Shown: piece by piece, positions 50,756 to 64,000 of the stretch | Numbering within the stretch: position 1 is the first letter of the stretch | Layout: the number at the start of each line of letters is the position of its first letter | Assembly: GCA_965235115.1 (NCBI GenBank) | Contig: OZ249436.1 | Location: 21,826,001-21,890,000, forward strand | Origin: Laetmonice hystrix | Lineage: Eukaryota | Length of the DNA: 64,000 nucleotides | Direction: 5' to 3' | Notes under the pieces: model-generated | The model's input: only the letters and a program-made list of their open reading frames with translations | Databases searched by the model: none | Told to the model about the DNA's origin: nothing | Made by a program: the position numbers and the translations under genes

Positions 50756-51679
50756 AATGAATAATGAAGAATAGTCTCCTAACGCAAACTGATTCAGACG
50801 AAGAATGTTGTTTATGAATAGGCCTAATTGGGATGGAAAATAAAAATTGTAACTAGTAAATGAAGAAAAAAAGATTACCGCAAGGAGATACATTCCAGTG
50901 CCTTTCAGAATTATTTGAGGAACATCTCCTCAAAGGGCTGGGTATTTAAAGCGAGGGAACTGAATGTTCTGCCTGAAGGCAGCATATAGGTACACGCTAC
51001 AGTTAATGTTTTCTTTTTATCATAAATATCTATTCTGCCTGAAAAAAACCCATCAAACACGCAATGTGCCCCCGGACGGGCGCGGTGACGACAGAGGTAG
51101 ACCTACCTTCCCGTTGTCCTAAAGATTACCTACACACAGAAGCCTTAGAGCGTCTGTACTCTTTTCATGGTCTCGATGTATGGATCAATTTGACAAAACC
51201 AATGCGTCTAAGACAAATAAATTTTGCAGTCGTTCTTCAAGGCAGACTGCCCTTCAAGATGCTCTATTCTTAGCATATTTTGTCATTTGATCTGGGCCAT
51301 GGCGTAAATTGGGCACTTTTGCTGTGCAATAAGTCGGCCGGGGAGCGGTTTGACACGTTGTCGCCAGACGGCCTTCAGTGCACAAGGCTAGGTGGCGCTG
51401 TGGTCACCGTAAGTAAACCAAGGTATTGCTGATAACAGAAGTTCATAAACATATTATGTTGTTTTATCATAACGAAGAAAAAGAAAAGTTCCTTCTTCTA
51501 AATCAGCATTAATTTTATTGTGAAAATAGCAAGCTTGGATACCTTATCTCAGAACTAAGGGCATTATCCTTTCAGTATTCCCAAATGAAAAAATGAAACC
51601 TTCGTAGATGAAAATACACCATTCTTGATGAGTTAGGTACTTGAACCACTCGACACTTCCCCTCTTCAGTAAATCAGAG

Positions 51680-51801
51680 AACTCACGTTTCTCCTCATTC
51701 CACGTATAAATCTTTCGCCTTTTACTAAAGATTTCCGTGGGGAGGAACATTACAATGAGTCTATAGACGAATTTTTGCATCCCTGCTCTCAGAGCGGGGT
51801 A
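51680..51801 (+). ncRNA. U5: U5 snRNA (variant A)
   Basis: Same as 47636-47757. Confidence 0.95.
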
Positions 51802-52321
51802 ATTAAAAAAGGAAGAATAGTCTCCTAACGCAAACTGATTCAGACGACGAATGTTGTTTGTAAATAGGCCTAAATAAGATGGAAAAACAAAAATTGTAAA
51901 ATAGTAAATGAAGAAATTAAGGTTACCGCAAGGAAATATATATTCCAGTGGTTTCAGAATTATTTTAGGAACATCTCCTCAAAGAGTGGGGAATTTAATG
52001 CAAAGGAACTGCATGTTCTGCCTGAAGGCGGCATTATGTACACGTTACAGGTATAAAATGTTTTCTTTTTATTATAAATGGTTATTCTGCCTGGAAAGAA
52101 ACAAATAACACAAACACGTAATGGGCCCCCGGACGGGCGCGTTGGCAACAGAGGTAGACCTACCTGCCTGTTGTCCAAAAGATTACCTATAAATAAATTT
52201 TGCAGTTCTTGTTAAAAGGAGACTGCGCTTCAAGATACTCTATTCTTAGCATATTTTGTCATTTGATCTGGGCCATGGCACAAATTGGGCGCTTTTGCTG
52301 TGCAATAAGTCGGCCGGGGAG

Positions 52322-54331
52322 CAGTCTCGGTAACGCCAGACTCTCAGATAAGAGAGTCTGGGAGAGTTCCGATCTTTCATTGTTACCGCATGGTGGCGCG
52401 TCGAACGTTTAGGAACATAAGCGGCTCGAGGAGGCCAGAGAAAAACAACCGACCTTTTCGCTTCACGAAAATTCGCTTGATAAAATTGCTCGACAAGACT
52501 ACGTTTTACTAAGAAAAAGTCGTCATCATGTGTAAAATATGACTCTAGGCCCCCTATTTTGGCTATAGGCCTATAGGCCGACTGATTGCATTGTGCGGTG
52601 TAGAGCGAACACCTAGGCTGTGTGCATGTCAATTGTCCGTTGAAATTTGAAAAATCCTTAATACTATCTTACTCAGTTCCTAAAGTTCTATGGTTCATAC
52701 AATAAAGTTAATTGCTTATCAAACGACATATAGGCCCACTAGCCTATATGTAGGTGACCGATTAAACAGACGCTGTCTCAGGTTTGGAAATATGTGATCT
52801 ATGATATAGGCCCCTATGCCGTGCTGGGCAGTGGGCGGGCGCTTACTGGCTCACCCGCCGGGAGCGACCGGTGGGGGCCAGGGGCAGGGGAGCGAGGCGG
52901 CAGGCAGGCAAGACGCCAGAGTCCATGCAAGCAGGGATGATGCCGTCCTTGCAAAACGTCTCTAGACTAGAATATAAAACACACATTCCGCCCAATAGCG
53001 CTCCAATATTAGTTACGGGTTTTCCTATTAAACCGAGGCTGTCTCAGGCTTGAAAATATGGCAGACTCTGACTGCGTAAGGTCAGACTTGCAGGCTCAGC
53101 CCGGCGGGAGTGACCGAGCCCGAGGTGGCGGCCGGCGCTGCAGGCGGGGTAGGCCTACCGAAGTCTGTGCATGCATGCACTCGGAACACCGACGCTGCTT
53201 CTGATTGGCTGTTTCTAGGTCATATCCGGAGGCGAAGCAGGCCTCGGATGTATGAAGCGGCCATTTTCCCGTTTTTCGTGCAAAGTAGTGTAAAGCGGTC
53301 GCACATGAACACAAGAGTAAATAGTCGACCCCTACGCACAGGCACATAGGCCTTGTTCAAATATAATTTCTCAGCATACCTATACCTCGAATTTTCTATC
53401 GTGGAGACAAAACAGTCTCTTCTTCACCTGGGAGGAAACCCAGATATTCTGACTTTGTATAAAGTCCGACACTAGGGAGTTCTACATTTTCGGCACGGCG
53501 GCAGCGCGCGAGTTTGTTGTTTACATCCGGGTCAGTGGTCCCGACCTAGCCACCCACCCACCCCACCCCCCAGCATGGCGACCTTCGTCGTACAGCCGAG
53601 ATATGACGGAGTCAATCGTGGGTGAGCCGAGTGTGCATGCATGATGCCGCCGTTGGAGGCTTGTATAAAACGTCGCGAGAACGCTAAAACCAGCCGTTGA
53701 TCAGCATGAGCAGACTTCCGCTAAATTTGACCAATCGGCTGCAAGACGACCGGATGCAGAATTCCTGTAGCCTACTTTTTGAAAGCCGCTTATGTCTCGG
53801 AACAACGTCACAAACAGTAGATACAAAAGGTTATGATCCACTATTTATTTTCTTCTATAATTTAATGTAATGTTTTGGCCATTTTCAATGTTTAAAATAA
53901 TTTCTGCGAATGTCTGCTTGGCATGGCAGGTTAGATATGCATGTTTCCGACAATAAAAACTCAATTTACGTATAGGTTGAATGATTAGATTTTATTTTAT
54001 CGGAGCTTCTGTTACATGACCCCAGGTGGCACCACCAAATCGACCAGAATACAGGCCTGTGATACATAACATATTGGCTAAGATTTTCCAAGGAAAGTTA
54101 AGCAGATATTCTCTAATAATACACTGATATTATTGATCATAATAGTGAACTTTTTCTCTGTGGTATTTGATGAGCACATTCAGGGGGGTTATATCCATTC
54201 TTGGCCCTAGATACATTCACTCCATACCTTTTTGAGGGACAACCAGCAGCCCATTGGCTAAATAGGGGGTCATGACCAAAAGCTTCCAGACCCTCTGCTA
54301 GGGCCGCTGAGGGTCTGGATAATCGAGACTG
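52322..54331. mobile_element. Academ-like element copy 2
   Basis: Same termini and TSD. Confidence 0.78.
53829..54277 (+). mobile_element. Solo LTDR copy 2
   Basis: Same as 49784-50232. Confidence 0.92.
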
Positions 54332-54678
54332 GCCGGGGAGCGGTTTGACGCGTTGTCGCCAGACGGCCTTCAGTGCACAAGGCTATAGGTGGCGCTGTGG
54401 TCACCGTAAGTAAACCAAGGTATATGCTGATAACAGAAGTACATAAACATATTAGCCTATGTTGTTTTATCATAACAAAGAAAAAGAAAAGTTCCTTCTT
54501 TTAAATCAGCATTTATTGTGAAAAATAGCAAGCTTGGATACCTTATCTCAGACCTAAGGCATTTTCCAGTAAGGACCCCCCCCCCCCCCAAATGAAACAT
54601 TCGTAGATGAAAAGACACCATTCTGGATGAGTTAGGTACTTGAACCACTCGACACTTCCCCTGTTCAGTAAATCAGAG

Positions 54679-54800
54679 AACTCACGTTTCTCCTCATTCC
54701 ACGTATAAATCTTTCGCCTTTTACTAAAGATTTCCGTGGGGAGGAACATTACAATGAGTCTATAGACGAATTTTTGCATCCCTGCTCTAAGAGCGGGGTA
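54679..54800 (+). ncRNA. U5: U5 snRNA (variant B)
   Basis: Same as 50634-50755. Confidence 0.95.
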
Positions 54801-55724
54801 AATGAATAATGAAGAATAGTCTCCTAACGCAAACTGATTCAGACGAAGAATGTTGTTTATGAATAGGCCTAATTGGGATGGAAAATAAAAATTGTAACTA
54901 GTAAATGAAGAAAAAAAGATTACCGCAAGGAGATACATTCCAGTGCCTTTCAGAATTATTTGAGGAACATCTCCTCAAAGGGCTGGGTATTTAAAGCGAG
55001 GGAACTGAATGTTCTGCCTGAAGGCAGCATATAGGTACACGCTACAGTTAATGTTTTCTTTTTATCATAAATATCTATTCTGCCTGAAAAAAACCCATCA
55101 AACACGCAATGTGCCCCCGGACGGGCGCGGTGACGACAGAGGTAGACCTACCTTCCCGTTGTCCTAAAGATTACCTACACACAGAAGCCTTAGAGCGTCT
55201 GTACTCTTTTCATGGTCTCGATGTATGGATCAATTTGACAAAACCAATGCGTCTAAGACAAATAAATTTTGCAGTCGTTCTTCAAGGCAGACTGCCCTTC
55301 AAGATGCTCTATTCTTAGCATATTTTGTCATTTGATCTGGGCCATGGCGTAAATTGGGCACTTTTGCTGTGCAATAAGTCGGCCGGGGAGCGGTTTGACA
55401 CGTTGTCGCCAGACGGCCTTCAGTGCACAAGGCTAGGTGGCGCTGTGGTCACCGTAAGTAAACCAAGGTATTGCTGATAACAGAAGTTCATAAACATATT
55501 ATGTTGTTTTATCATAACGAAGAAAAAGAAAAGTTCCTTCTTCTAAATCAGCATTAATTTTATTGTGAAAATAGCAAGCTTGGATACCTTATCTCAGAAC
55601 TAAGGGCATTATCCTTTCAGTATTCCCAAATGAAAAAATGAAACCTTCGTAGATGAAAATACACCATTCTTGATGAGTTAGGTACTTGAACCACTCGACA
55701 CTTCCCCTCTTCAGTAAATCAGAG

Positions 55725-55846
55725 AACTCACGTTTCTCCTCATTCCACGTATAAATCTTTCGCCTTTTACTAAAGATTTCCGTGGGGAGGAACATTACAA
55801 TGAGTCTATAGACGAATTTTTGCATCCCTGCTCTCAGAGCGGGGTA
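55725..55846 (+). ncRNA. U5: U5 snRNA (variant A)
   Basis: Same as 47636-47757. Confidence 0.95.
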
Positions 55847-56366
55847 ATTAAAAAAGGAAGAATAGTCTCCTAACGCAAACTGATTCAGACGACGAATGTT
55901 GTTTGTAAATAGGCCTAAATAAGATGGAAAAACAAAAATTGTAAAATAGTAAATGAAGAAATTAAGGTTACCGCAAGGAAATATATATTCCAGTGGTTTC
56001 AGAATTATTTTAGGAACATCTCCTCAAAGAGTGGGGAATTTAATGCAAAGGAACTGCATGTTCTGCCTGAAGGCGGCATTATGTACACGTTACAGGTATA
56101 AAATGTTTTCTTTTTATTATAAATGGTTATTCTGCCTGGAAAGAAACAAATAACACAAACACGTAATGGGCCCCCGGACGGGCGCGTTGGCAACAGAGGT
56201 AGACCTACCTGCCTGTTGTCCAAAAGATTACCTATAAATAAATTTTGCAGTTCTTGTTAAAAGGAGACTGCGCTTCAAGATACTCTATTCTTAGCATATT
56301 TTGTCATTTGATCTGGGCCATGGCACAAATTGGGCGCTTTTGCTGTGCAATAAGTCGGCCGGGGAG

Positions 56367-58371
56367 CAGTCTCGGTAACGCCAGACTCTCAGATAAGAGA
56401 GTCTGGGAGAGTTCCGATCTTTCATTGTTACCGCATGGTGGCGCGTCGAACGTTTAGGAACATAAGCGGCTCGAGGAGGCCAGAGAAAAACAACCGACCT
56501 TTTCGCTTCACGAAAATATGATAAATTGCTCGACAAGACTACGTTTTACTAAGAAAAAGTCGTCATCATGTGTAAAATATGACTCTAGGCCCCCTATTTT
56601 GGCTATAGGCCTATAGGCCGACTGATTGCATTGTGCGGTGTAGAGCGAACACCTAGGCTGTGTGCATGTCAATTGTCCGTTGAAATTTGAAAAATCCTTA
56701 ATACTATCTTACTCAGTTCCTAAAGTTCTATGGTTCATACAATAAAGTTAATTGCTTATCAAACGACATATAGGCCCACTAGCCTATATGTAGGTGACCG
56801 ATTAAACAGACGCTGTCTCAGGTTTGGAAATATGTGATCTATGATATAGGCCCCTATGCCGTGCTGGGCAGTGGGCGGGCGCTTACTGGCTCACCCGCCG
56901 GGAGCGACCGGTGGGGGCCAGGGGCAGGGGAGCGAGGCGGCAGGCAGGCAAGACGCCAGAGTCCATGCAAGCAGGGATGATGCCGTCCTTGCAAAACGTC
57001 TCTAGACTAGAATATAAAACACACATTCCGCCCAATAGCGCTCCAATATTAGTTACGGGTTTTCCTATTAAACCGAGGCTGTCTCAGGCTTGAAAATATG
57101 GCAGACTCTGACTGCGTAAGGTCAGACTTGCAGGCTCAGCCCGGCGGGAGTGACCGAGCCCGAGGTGGCGGCCGGCGCTGCAGGCGGGGTAGGCCTACCG
57201 AAGTCTGTGCATGCATGCACTCGGAACACCGACGCTGCTTCTGATTGGCTGTTTCTAGGTCATATCCGGAGGCGAAGCAGGCCTCGGATGTATGAAGCGG
57301 CCATTTTCCCGTTTTTCGTGCAAAGTAGTGTAAAGCGGTCGCACATGAACACAAGAGTAAATAGTCGACCCCTACGCACAGGCACATAGGCCTTGTTCAA
57401 ATATAATTTCTCAGCATACCTATACCTCGAATTTTCTATCGTGGAGACAAAACAGTCTCTTCTTCACCTGGGAGGAAACCCAGATATTCTGACTTTGTAT
57501 AAAGTCCGACACTAGGGAGTTCTACATTTTCGGCACGGCGGCAGCGCGCGAGTTTGTTGTTTACATCCGGGTCAGTGGTCCCGACCTAGCCACCCACCCA
57601 CCCCACCCCCCAGCATGGCGACCTTCGTCGTACAGCCGAGATATGACGGAGTCAATCGTGGGTGAGCCGAGTGTGCATGCATGATGCCGCCGTTGGAGGC
57701 TTGTATAAAACGTCGCGAGAACGCTAAAACCAGCCGTTGATCAGCATGAGCAGACTTCCGCTAAATTTGACCAATCGGCTGCAAGACGACCGGATGCAGA
57801 ATTCCTGTAGCCTACTTTTTGAAAGCCGCTTATGTCTCGGAACAACGTCACAAACAGTAGATACAAAAGGTTATGATCCACTATTTATTTTCTTCTATAA
57901 TTTAATGTAATGTTTTGGCCATTTTCAATGTTTAAAATAATTTCTGCGAATGTCTGCTTGGCATGGCAGGTTAGATATGCATGTTTCCGACAATAAAAAC
58001 TCAATTTACGTATAGGTTGAATGATTAGATTTTATTTTATCGGAGCTTCTGTTACATGACCCCAGGTGGCACCACCAAATCGACCAGAATACAGGCCTGT
58101 GATACATAACATATTGGCTAAGATTTTCCAAGGAAAGTTAAGCAGATATTCTCTAATAATACACTGATATTATTGATCATAATAGTGAACTTTTTCTCTG
58201 TGGTATTTGATGAGCACATTCAGGGGGGTTATATCCATTCTTGGCCCTAGATACATTCACTCCATACCTTTTTGAGGGACAACCAGCAGCCCATTGGCTA
58301 AATAGGGGGTCATGACCAAAAGCTTCCAGACCCTCTGCTAGGGCCGCTGAGGGTCTGGATAATCGAGACTG
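56367..58371. mobile_element. Academ-like element copy 3
   Basis: Same termini and TSD, with a net 5-bp deletion near 56517. Confidence 0.78.
57869..58317 (+). mobile_element. Solo LTDR copy 3
   Basis: Same as 49784-50232. Confidence 0.92.
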
Positions 58372-58715
58372 GCCGGGGAGCGGTTTGACGCGTTGTCGCC
58401 AGACGGCCTTCAGTGCACAAGGCTATAGGTGGCGCTGTGGTCACCGTAAGTAAACCAAGGTATATGCTGATAACAGAAGTACATAAACATATTAGCCTAT
58501 GTTGTTTTATCATAACAAAGAAAAAGAAAAGTTCCTTCTTTTAAATCAGCATTTATTGTGAAAAATAGCAAGCTTGGATACCTTATCTCAGACCTAAGGC
58601 ATTTTCCAGTAAGGACCCCCCCCCCCAAATGAAACATTCGTAGATGAAAAGACACCATTCTGGATGAGTTAGGTACTTGAACCACTCGACACTTCCCCTG
58701 TTCAGTAAATCAGAG

Positions 58716-58837
58716 AACTCACGTTTCTCCTCATTCCACGTATAAATCTTTCGCCTTTTACTAAAGATTTCCGTGGGGAGGAACATTACAATGAGTCTAT
58801 AGACGAATTTTTGCATCCCTGCTCTAAGAGCGGGGTA
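58716..58837 (+). ncRNA. U5: U5 snRNA (variant B)
   Basis: Same as 50634-50755. Confidence 0.95.
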
Positions 58838-59761
58838 AATGAATAATGAAGAATAGTCTCCTAACGCAAACTGATTCAGACGAAGAATGTTGTTTATGAA
58901 TAGGCCTAATTGGGATGGAAAATAAAAATTGTAACTAGTAAATGAAGAAAAAAAGATTACCGCAAGGAGATACATTCCAGTGCCTTTCAGAATTATTTGA
59001 GGAACATCTCCTCAAAGGGCTGGGTATTTAAAGCGAGGGAACTGAATGTTCTGCCTGAAGGCAGCATATAGGTACACGCTACAGTTAATGTTTTCTTTTT
59101 ATCATAAATATCTATTCTGCCTGAAAAAAACCCATCAAACACGCAATGTGCCCCCGGACGGGCGCGGTGACGACAGAGGTAGACCTACCTTCCCGTTGTC
59201 CTAAAGATTACCTACACACAGAAGCCTTAGAGCGTCTGTACTCTTTTCATGGTCTCGATGTATGGATCAATTTGACAAAACCAATGCGTCTAAGACAAAT
59301 AAATTTTGCAGTCGTTCTTCAAGGCAGACTGCCCTTCAAGATGCTCTATTCTTAGCATATTTTGTCATTTGATCTGGGCCATGGCGTAAATTGGGCACTT
59401 TTGCTGTGCAATAAGTCGGCCGGGGAGCGGTTTGACACGTTGTCGCCAGACGGCCTTCAGTGCACAAGGCTAGGTGGCGCTGTGGTCACCGTAAGTAAAC
59501 CAAGGTATTGCTGATAACAGAAGTTCATAAACATATTATGTTGTTTTATCATAACGAAGAAAAAGAAAAGTTCCTTCTTCTAAATCAGCATTAATTTTAT
59601 TGTGAAAATAGCAAGCTTGGATACCTTATCTCAGAACTAAGGGCATTATCCTTTCAGTATTCCCAAATGAAAAAATGAAACCTTCGTAGATGAAAATACA
59701 CCATTCTTGATGAGTTAGGTACTTGAACCACTCGACACTTCCCCTCTTCAGTAAATCAGAG

Positions 59762-59883
59762 AACTCACGTTTCTCCTCATTCCACGTATAAATCTTTCGC
59801 CTTTTACTAAAGATTTCCGTGGGGAGGAACATTACAATGAGTCTATAGACGAATTTTTGCATCCCTGCTCTCAGAGCGGGGTA
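59762..59883 (+). ncRNA. U5: U5 snRNA (variant A)
   Basis: Same as 47636-47757. Confidence 0.95.
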
Positions 59884-60403
59884 ATTAAAAAAGGAAGAAT
59901 AGTCTCCTAACGCAAACTGATTCAGACGACGAATGTTGTTTGTAAATAGGCCTAAATAAGATGGAAAAACAAAAATTGTAAAATAGTAAATGAAGAAATT
60001 AAGGTTACCGCAAGGAAATATATATTCCAGTGGTTTCAGAATTATTTTAGGAACATCTCCTCAAAGAGTGGGGAATTTAATGCAAAGGAACTGCATGTTC
60101 TGCCTGAAGGCGGCATTATGTACACGTTACAGGTATAAAATGTTTTCTTTTTATTATAAATGGTTATTCTGCCTGGAAAGAAACAAATAACACAAACACG
60201 TAATGGGCCCCCGGACGGGCGCGTTGGCAACAGAGGTAGACCTACCTGCCTGTTGTCCAAAAGATTACCTATAAATAAATTTTGCAGTTCTTGTTAAAAG
60301 GAGACTGCGCTTCAAGATACTCTATTCTTAGCATATTTTGTCATTTGATCTGGGCCATGGCACAAATTGGGCGCTTTTGCTGTGCAATAAGTCGGCCGGG
60401 GAG

Positions 60404-62413
60404 CAGTCTCGGTAACGCCAGACTCTCAGATAAGAGAGTCTGGGAGAGTTCCGATCTTTCATTGTTACCGCATGGTGGCGCGTCGAACGTTTAGGAACAT
60501 AAGCGGCTCGAGGAGGCCAGAGAAAAACAACCGACCTTTTCGCTTCACGAAAATTCGCTTGATAAAATTGCTCGACAAGACTACGTTTTACTAAGAAAAA
60601 GTCGTCATCATGTGTAAAATATGACTCTAGGCCCCCTATTTTGGCTATAGGCCTATAGGCCGACTGATTGCATTGTGCGGTGTAGAGCGAACACCTAGGC
60701 TGTGTGCATGTCAATTGTCCGTTGAAATTTGAAAAATCCTTAATACTATCTTACTCAGTTCCTAAAGTTCTATGGTTCATACAATAAAGTTAATTGCTTA
60801 TCAAACGACATATAGGCCCACTAGCCTATATGTAGGTGACCGATTAAACAGACGCTGTCTCAGGTTTGGAAATATGTGATCTATGATATAGGCCCCTATG
60901 CCGTGCTGGGCAGTGGGCGGGCGCTTACTGGCTCACCCGCCGGGAGCGACCGGTGGGGGCCAGGGGCAGGGGAGCGAGGCGGCAGGCAGGCAAGACGCCA
61001 GAGTCCATGCAAGCAGGGATGATGCCGTCCTTGCAAAACGTCTCTAGACTAGAATATAAAACACACATTCCGCCCAATAGCGCTCCAATATTAGTTACGG
61101 GTTTTCCTATTAAACCGAGGCTGTCTCAGGCTTGAAAATATGGCAGACTCTGACTGCGTAAGGTCAGACTTGCAGGCTCAGCCCGGCGGGAGTGACCGAG
61201 CCCGAGGTGGCGGCCGGCGCTGCAGGCGGGGTAGGCCTACCGAAGTCTGTGCATGCATGCACTCGGAACACCGACGCTGCTTCTGATTGGCTGTTTCTAG
61301 GTCATATCCGGAGGCGAAGCAGGCCTCGGATGTATGAAGCGGCCATTTTCCCGTTTTTCGTGCAAAGTAGTGTAAAGCGGTCGCACATGAACACAAGAGT
61401 AAATAGTCGACCCCTACGCACAGGCACATAGGCCTTGTTCAAATATAATTTCTCAGCATACCTATACCTCGAATTTTCTATCGTGGAGACAAAACAGTCT
61501 CTTCTTCACCTGGGAGGAAACCCAGATATTCTGACTTTGTATAAAGTCCGACACTAGGGAGTTCTACATTTTCGGCACGGCGGCAGCGCGCGAGTTTGTT
61601 GTTTACATCCGGGTCAGTGGTCCCGACCTAGCCACCCACCCACCCCACCCCCCAGCATGGCGACCTTCGTCGTACAGCCGAGATATGACGGAGTCAATCG
61701 TGGGTGAGCCGAGTGTGCATGCATGATGCCGCCGTTGGAGGCTTGTATAAAACGTCGCGAGAACGCTAAAACCAGCCGTTGATCAGCATGAGCAGACTTC
61801 CGCTAAATTTGACCAATCGGCTGCAAGACGACCGGATGCAGAATTCCTGTAGCCTACTTTTTGAAAGCCGCTTATGTCTCGGAACAACGTCACAAACAGT
61901 AGATACAAAAGGTTATGATCCACTATTTATTTTCTTCTATAATTTAATGTAATGTTTTGGCCATTTTCAATGTTTAAAATAATTTCTGCGAATGTCTGCT
62001 TGGCATGGCAGGTTAGATATGCATGTTTCCGACAATAAAAACTCAATTTACGTATAGGTTGAATGATTAGATTTTATTTTATCGGAGCTTCTGTTACATG
62101 ACCCCAGGTGGCACCACCAAATCGACCAGAATACAGGCCTGTGATACATAACATATTGGCTAAGATTTTCCAAGGAAAGTTAAGCAGATATTCTCTAATA
62201 ATACACTGATATTATTGATCATAATAGTGAACTTTTTCTCTGTGGTATTTGATAAGCACATTCAGGGGGGTTATATCCATTCTTGGCCCTAGATACATTC
62301 ACTCCATACCTTTTTGAGGGACAACCAGCAGCCCATTGGCTAAATAGGGGGTCATGACCAAAAGCTTCCAGACCCTCTGCTAGGGCCGCTGAGGGTCTGG
62401 ATAATCGAGACTG
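60404..62413. mobile_element. Academ-like element copy 4
   Basis: Same termini and TSD. Confidence 0.78.
61911..62359 (+). mobile_element. Solo LTDR copy 4
   Basis: Same as 49784-50232, with a private G>A at 62254. Confidence 0.92.
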
Positions 62414-62757
62414 GCCGGGGAGCGGTTTGACGCGTTGTCGCCAGACGGCCTTCAGTGCACAAGGCTATAGGTGGCGCTGTGGTCACCGTAAGTAAACCAA
62501 GGTATATGCTGATAACAGAAGTACATAAACATATTAGCCTATGTTGTTTTATCATAACAAAGAAAAAGAAAAGTTCCTTCTTTTAAATCAGCATTTATTG
62601 TGAAAAATAGCAAGCTTGGATACCTTATCTCAGACCTAAGGCATTTTCCAGTAAGGACCCCCCCCCCCAAATGAAACATTCGTAGATGAAAAGACACCAT
62701 TCTGGATGAGTTAGGTACTTGAACCACTCGACACTTCCCCTGTTCAGTAAATCAGAG

Positions 62758-62879
62758 AACTCACGTTTCTCCTCATTCCACGTATAAATCTTTCGCCTTT
62801 TACTAAAGATTTCCGTGGGGAGGAACATTACAATGAGTCTATAGACGAATTTTTGCATCCCTGCTCTAAGAGCGGGGTA
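62758..62879 (+). ncRNA. U5: U5 snRNA (variant B)
   Basis: Same as 50634-50755. Confidence 0.95.
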
Positions 62880-63803
62880 AATGAATAATGAAGAATAGTC
62901 TCCTAACGCAAACTGATTCAGACGAAGAATGTTGTTTATGAATAGGCCTAATTGGGATGGAAAATAAAAATTGTAACTAGTAAATGAAGAAAAAAAGATT
63001 ACCGCAAGGAGATACATTCCAGTGCCTTTCAGAATTATTTGAGGAACATCTCCTCAAAGGGCTGGGTATTTAAAGCGAGGGAACTGAATGTTCTGCCTGA
63101 AGGCAGCATATAGGTACACGCTACAGTTAATGTTTTCTTTTTATCATAAATATCTATTCTGCCTGAAAAAAACCCATCAAACACGCAATGTGCCCCCGGA
63201 CGGGCGCGGTGACGACAGAGGTAGACCTACCTTCCCGTTGTCCTAAAGATTACCTACACACAGAAGCCTTAGAGCGTCTGTACTCTTTTCATGGTCTCGA
63301 TGTATGGATCAATTTGACAAAACCAATGCGTCTAAGACAAATAAATTTTGCAGTCGTTCTTCAAGGCAGACTGCCCTTCAAGATGCTCTATTCTTAGCAT
63401 ATTTTGTCATTTGATCTGGGCCATGGCGTAAATTGGGCACTTTTGCTGTGCAATAAGTCGGCCGGGGAGCGGTTTGACACGTTGTCGCCAGACGGCCTTC
63501 AGTGCACAAGGCTAGGTGGCGCTGTGGTCACCGTAAGTAAACCAAGGTATTGCTGATAACAGAAGTTCATAAACATATTATGTTGTTTTATCATAACGAA
63601 GAAAAAGAAAAGTTCCTTCTTCTAAATCAGCATTAATTTTATTGTGAAAATAGCAAGCTTGGATACCTTATCTCAGAACTAAGGGCATTATCCTTTCAGT
63701 ATTCCCAAATGAAAAAATGAAACCTTCGTAGATGAAAATACACCATTCTTGATGAGTTAGGTACTTGAACCACTCGACACTTCCCCTCTTCAGTAAATCA
63801 GAG

Positions 63804-63925
63804 AACTCACGTTTCTCCTCATTCCACGTATAAATCTTTCGCCTTTTACTAAAGATTTCCGTGGGGAGGAACATTACAATGAGTCTATAGACGAATTTTT
63901 GCATCCCTGCTCTCAGAGCGGGGTA
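63804..63925 (+). ncRNA. U5: U5 snRNA (variant A)
   Basis: Same as 47636-47757. Confidence 0.95.
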
Positions 63926-64000
63926 ATTAAAAAAGGAAGAATAGTCTCCTAACGCAAACTGATTCAGACGACGAATGTTGTTTGTAAATAGGCCTAAATA

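Larger units (their letters stand above)
47141..64000. repeat. U5 snRNA tandem array with ~4.04-kb higher-order unit (continues off the right edge)
   Basis: Periods are 4044, 4045, 4037 and 4042 bp. Each unit is two diverged ~1-kb U5 repeats plus a 2-kb inserted element. Confidence 0.96.

Overview
Eukaryotic (animal-like, probably invertebrate) genomic DNA in four zones. (1) 1-15594 is a head-to-tail array of apparently identical 2544-bp units. Each unit is a 448-bp module with short imperfect TIRs (GG..CC, flanked by TACA) plus a 2096-bp internal region. The internal region carries an internally deleted Kolobok-type DDD/E transposase (+) and a convergent His-Cys-box (I-PpoI-like His-Me finger) endonuclease ORF (-). 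This matches, from recall, the KolobokP group of composite-like DNA transposons with long terminal direct repeats (LTDRs). (2) 15.6-34 kb and 40-47 kb are dense with non-autonomous TIR elements, a ~4.4-kb nested palindrome and MITE-borne satellites. (3) 34938-41782 (-) is a 6-exon gene for a ~802-aa type-I membrane protein: putative signal peptide, globular domain, Thr-rich mucin stalk, TM helix and Tyr-motif-rich tail. (4) 47141-64000 is a U5 snRNA gene array with 9 genes and a ~4.04-kb higher-order unit. Each unit holds two U5 variants and a 2-kb Academ-like element (9-bp TSD), which carries a solo copy of the same LTDR (AAAA TSD). All calls are by eye; no database searches were run.
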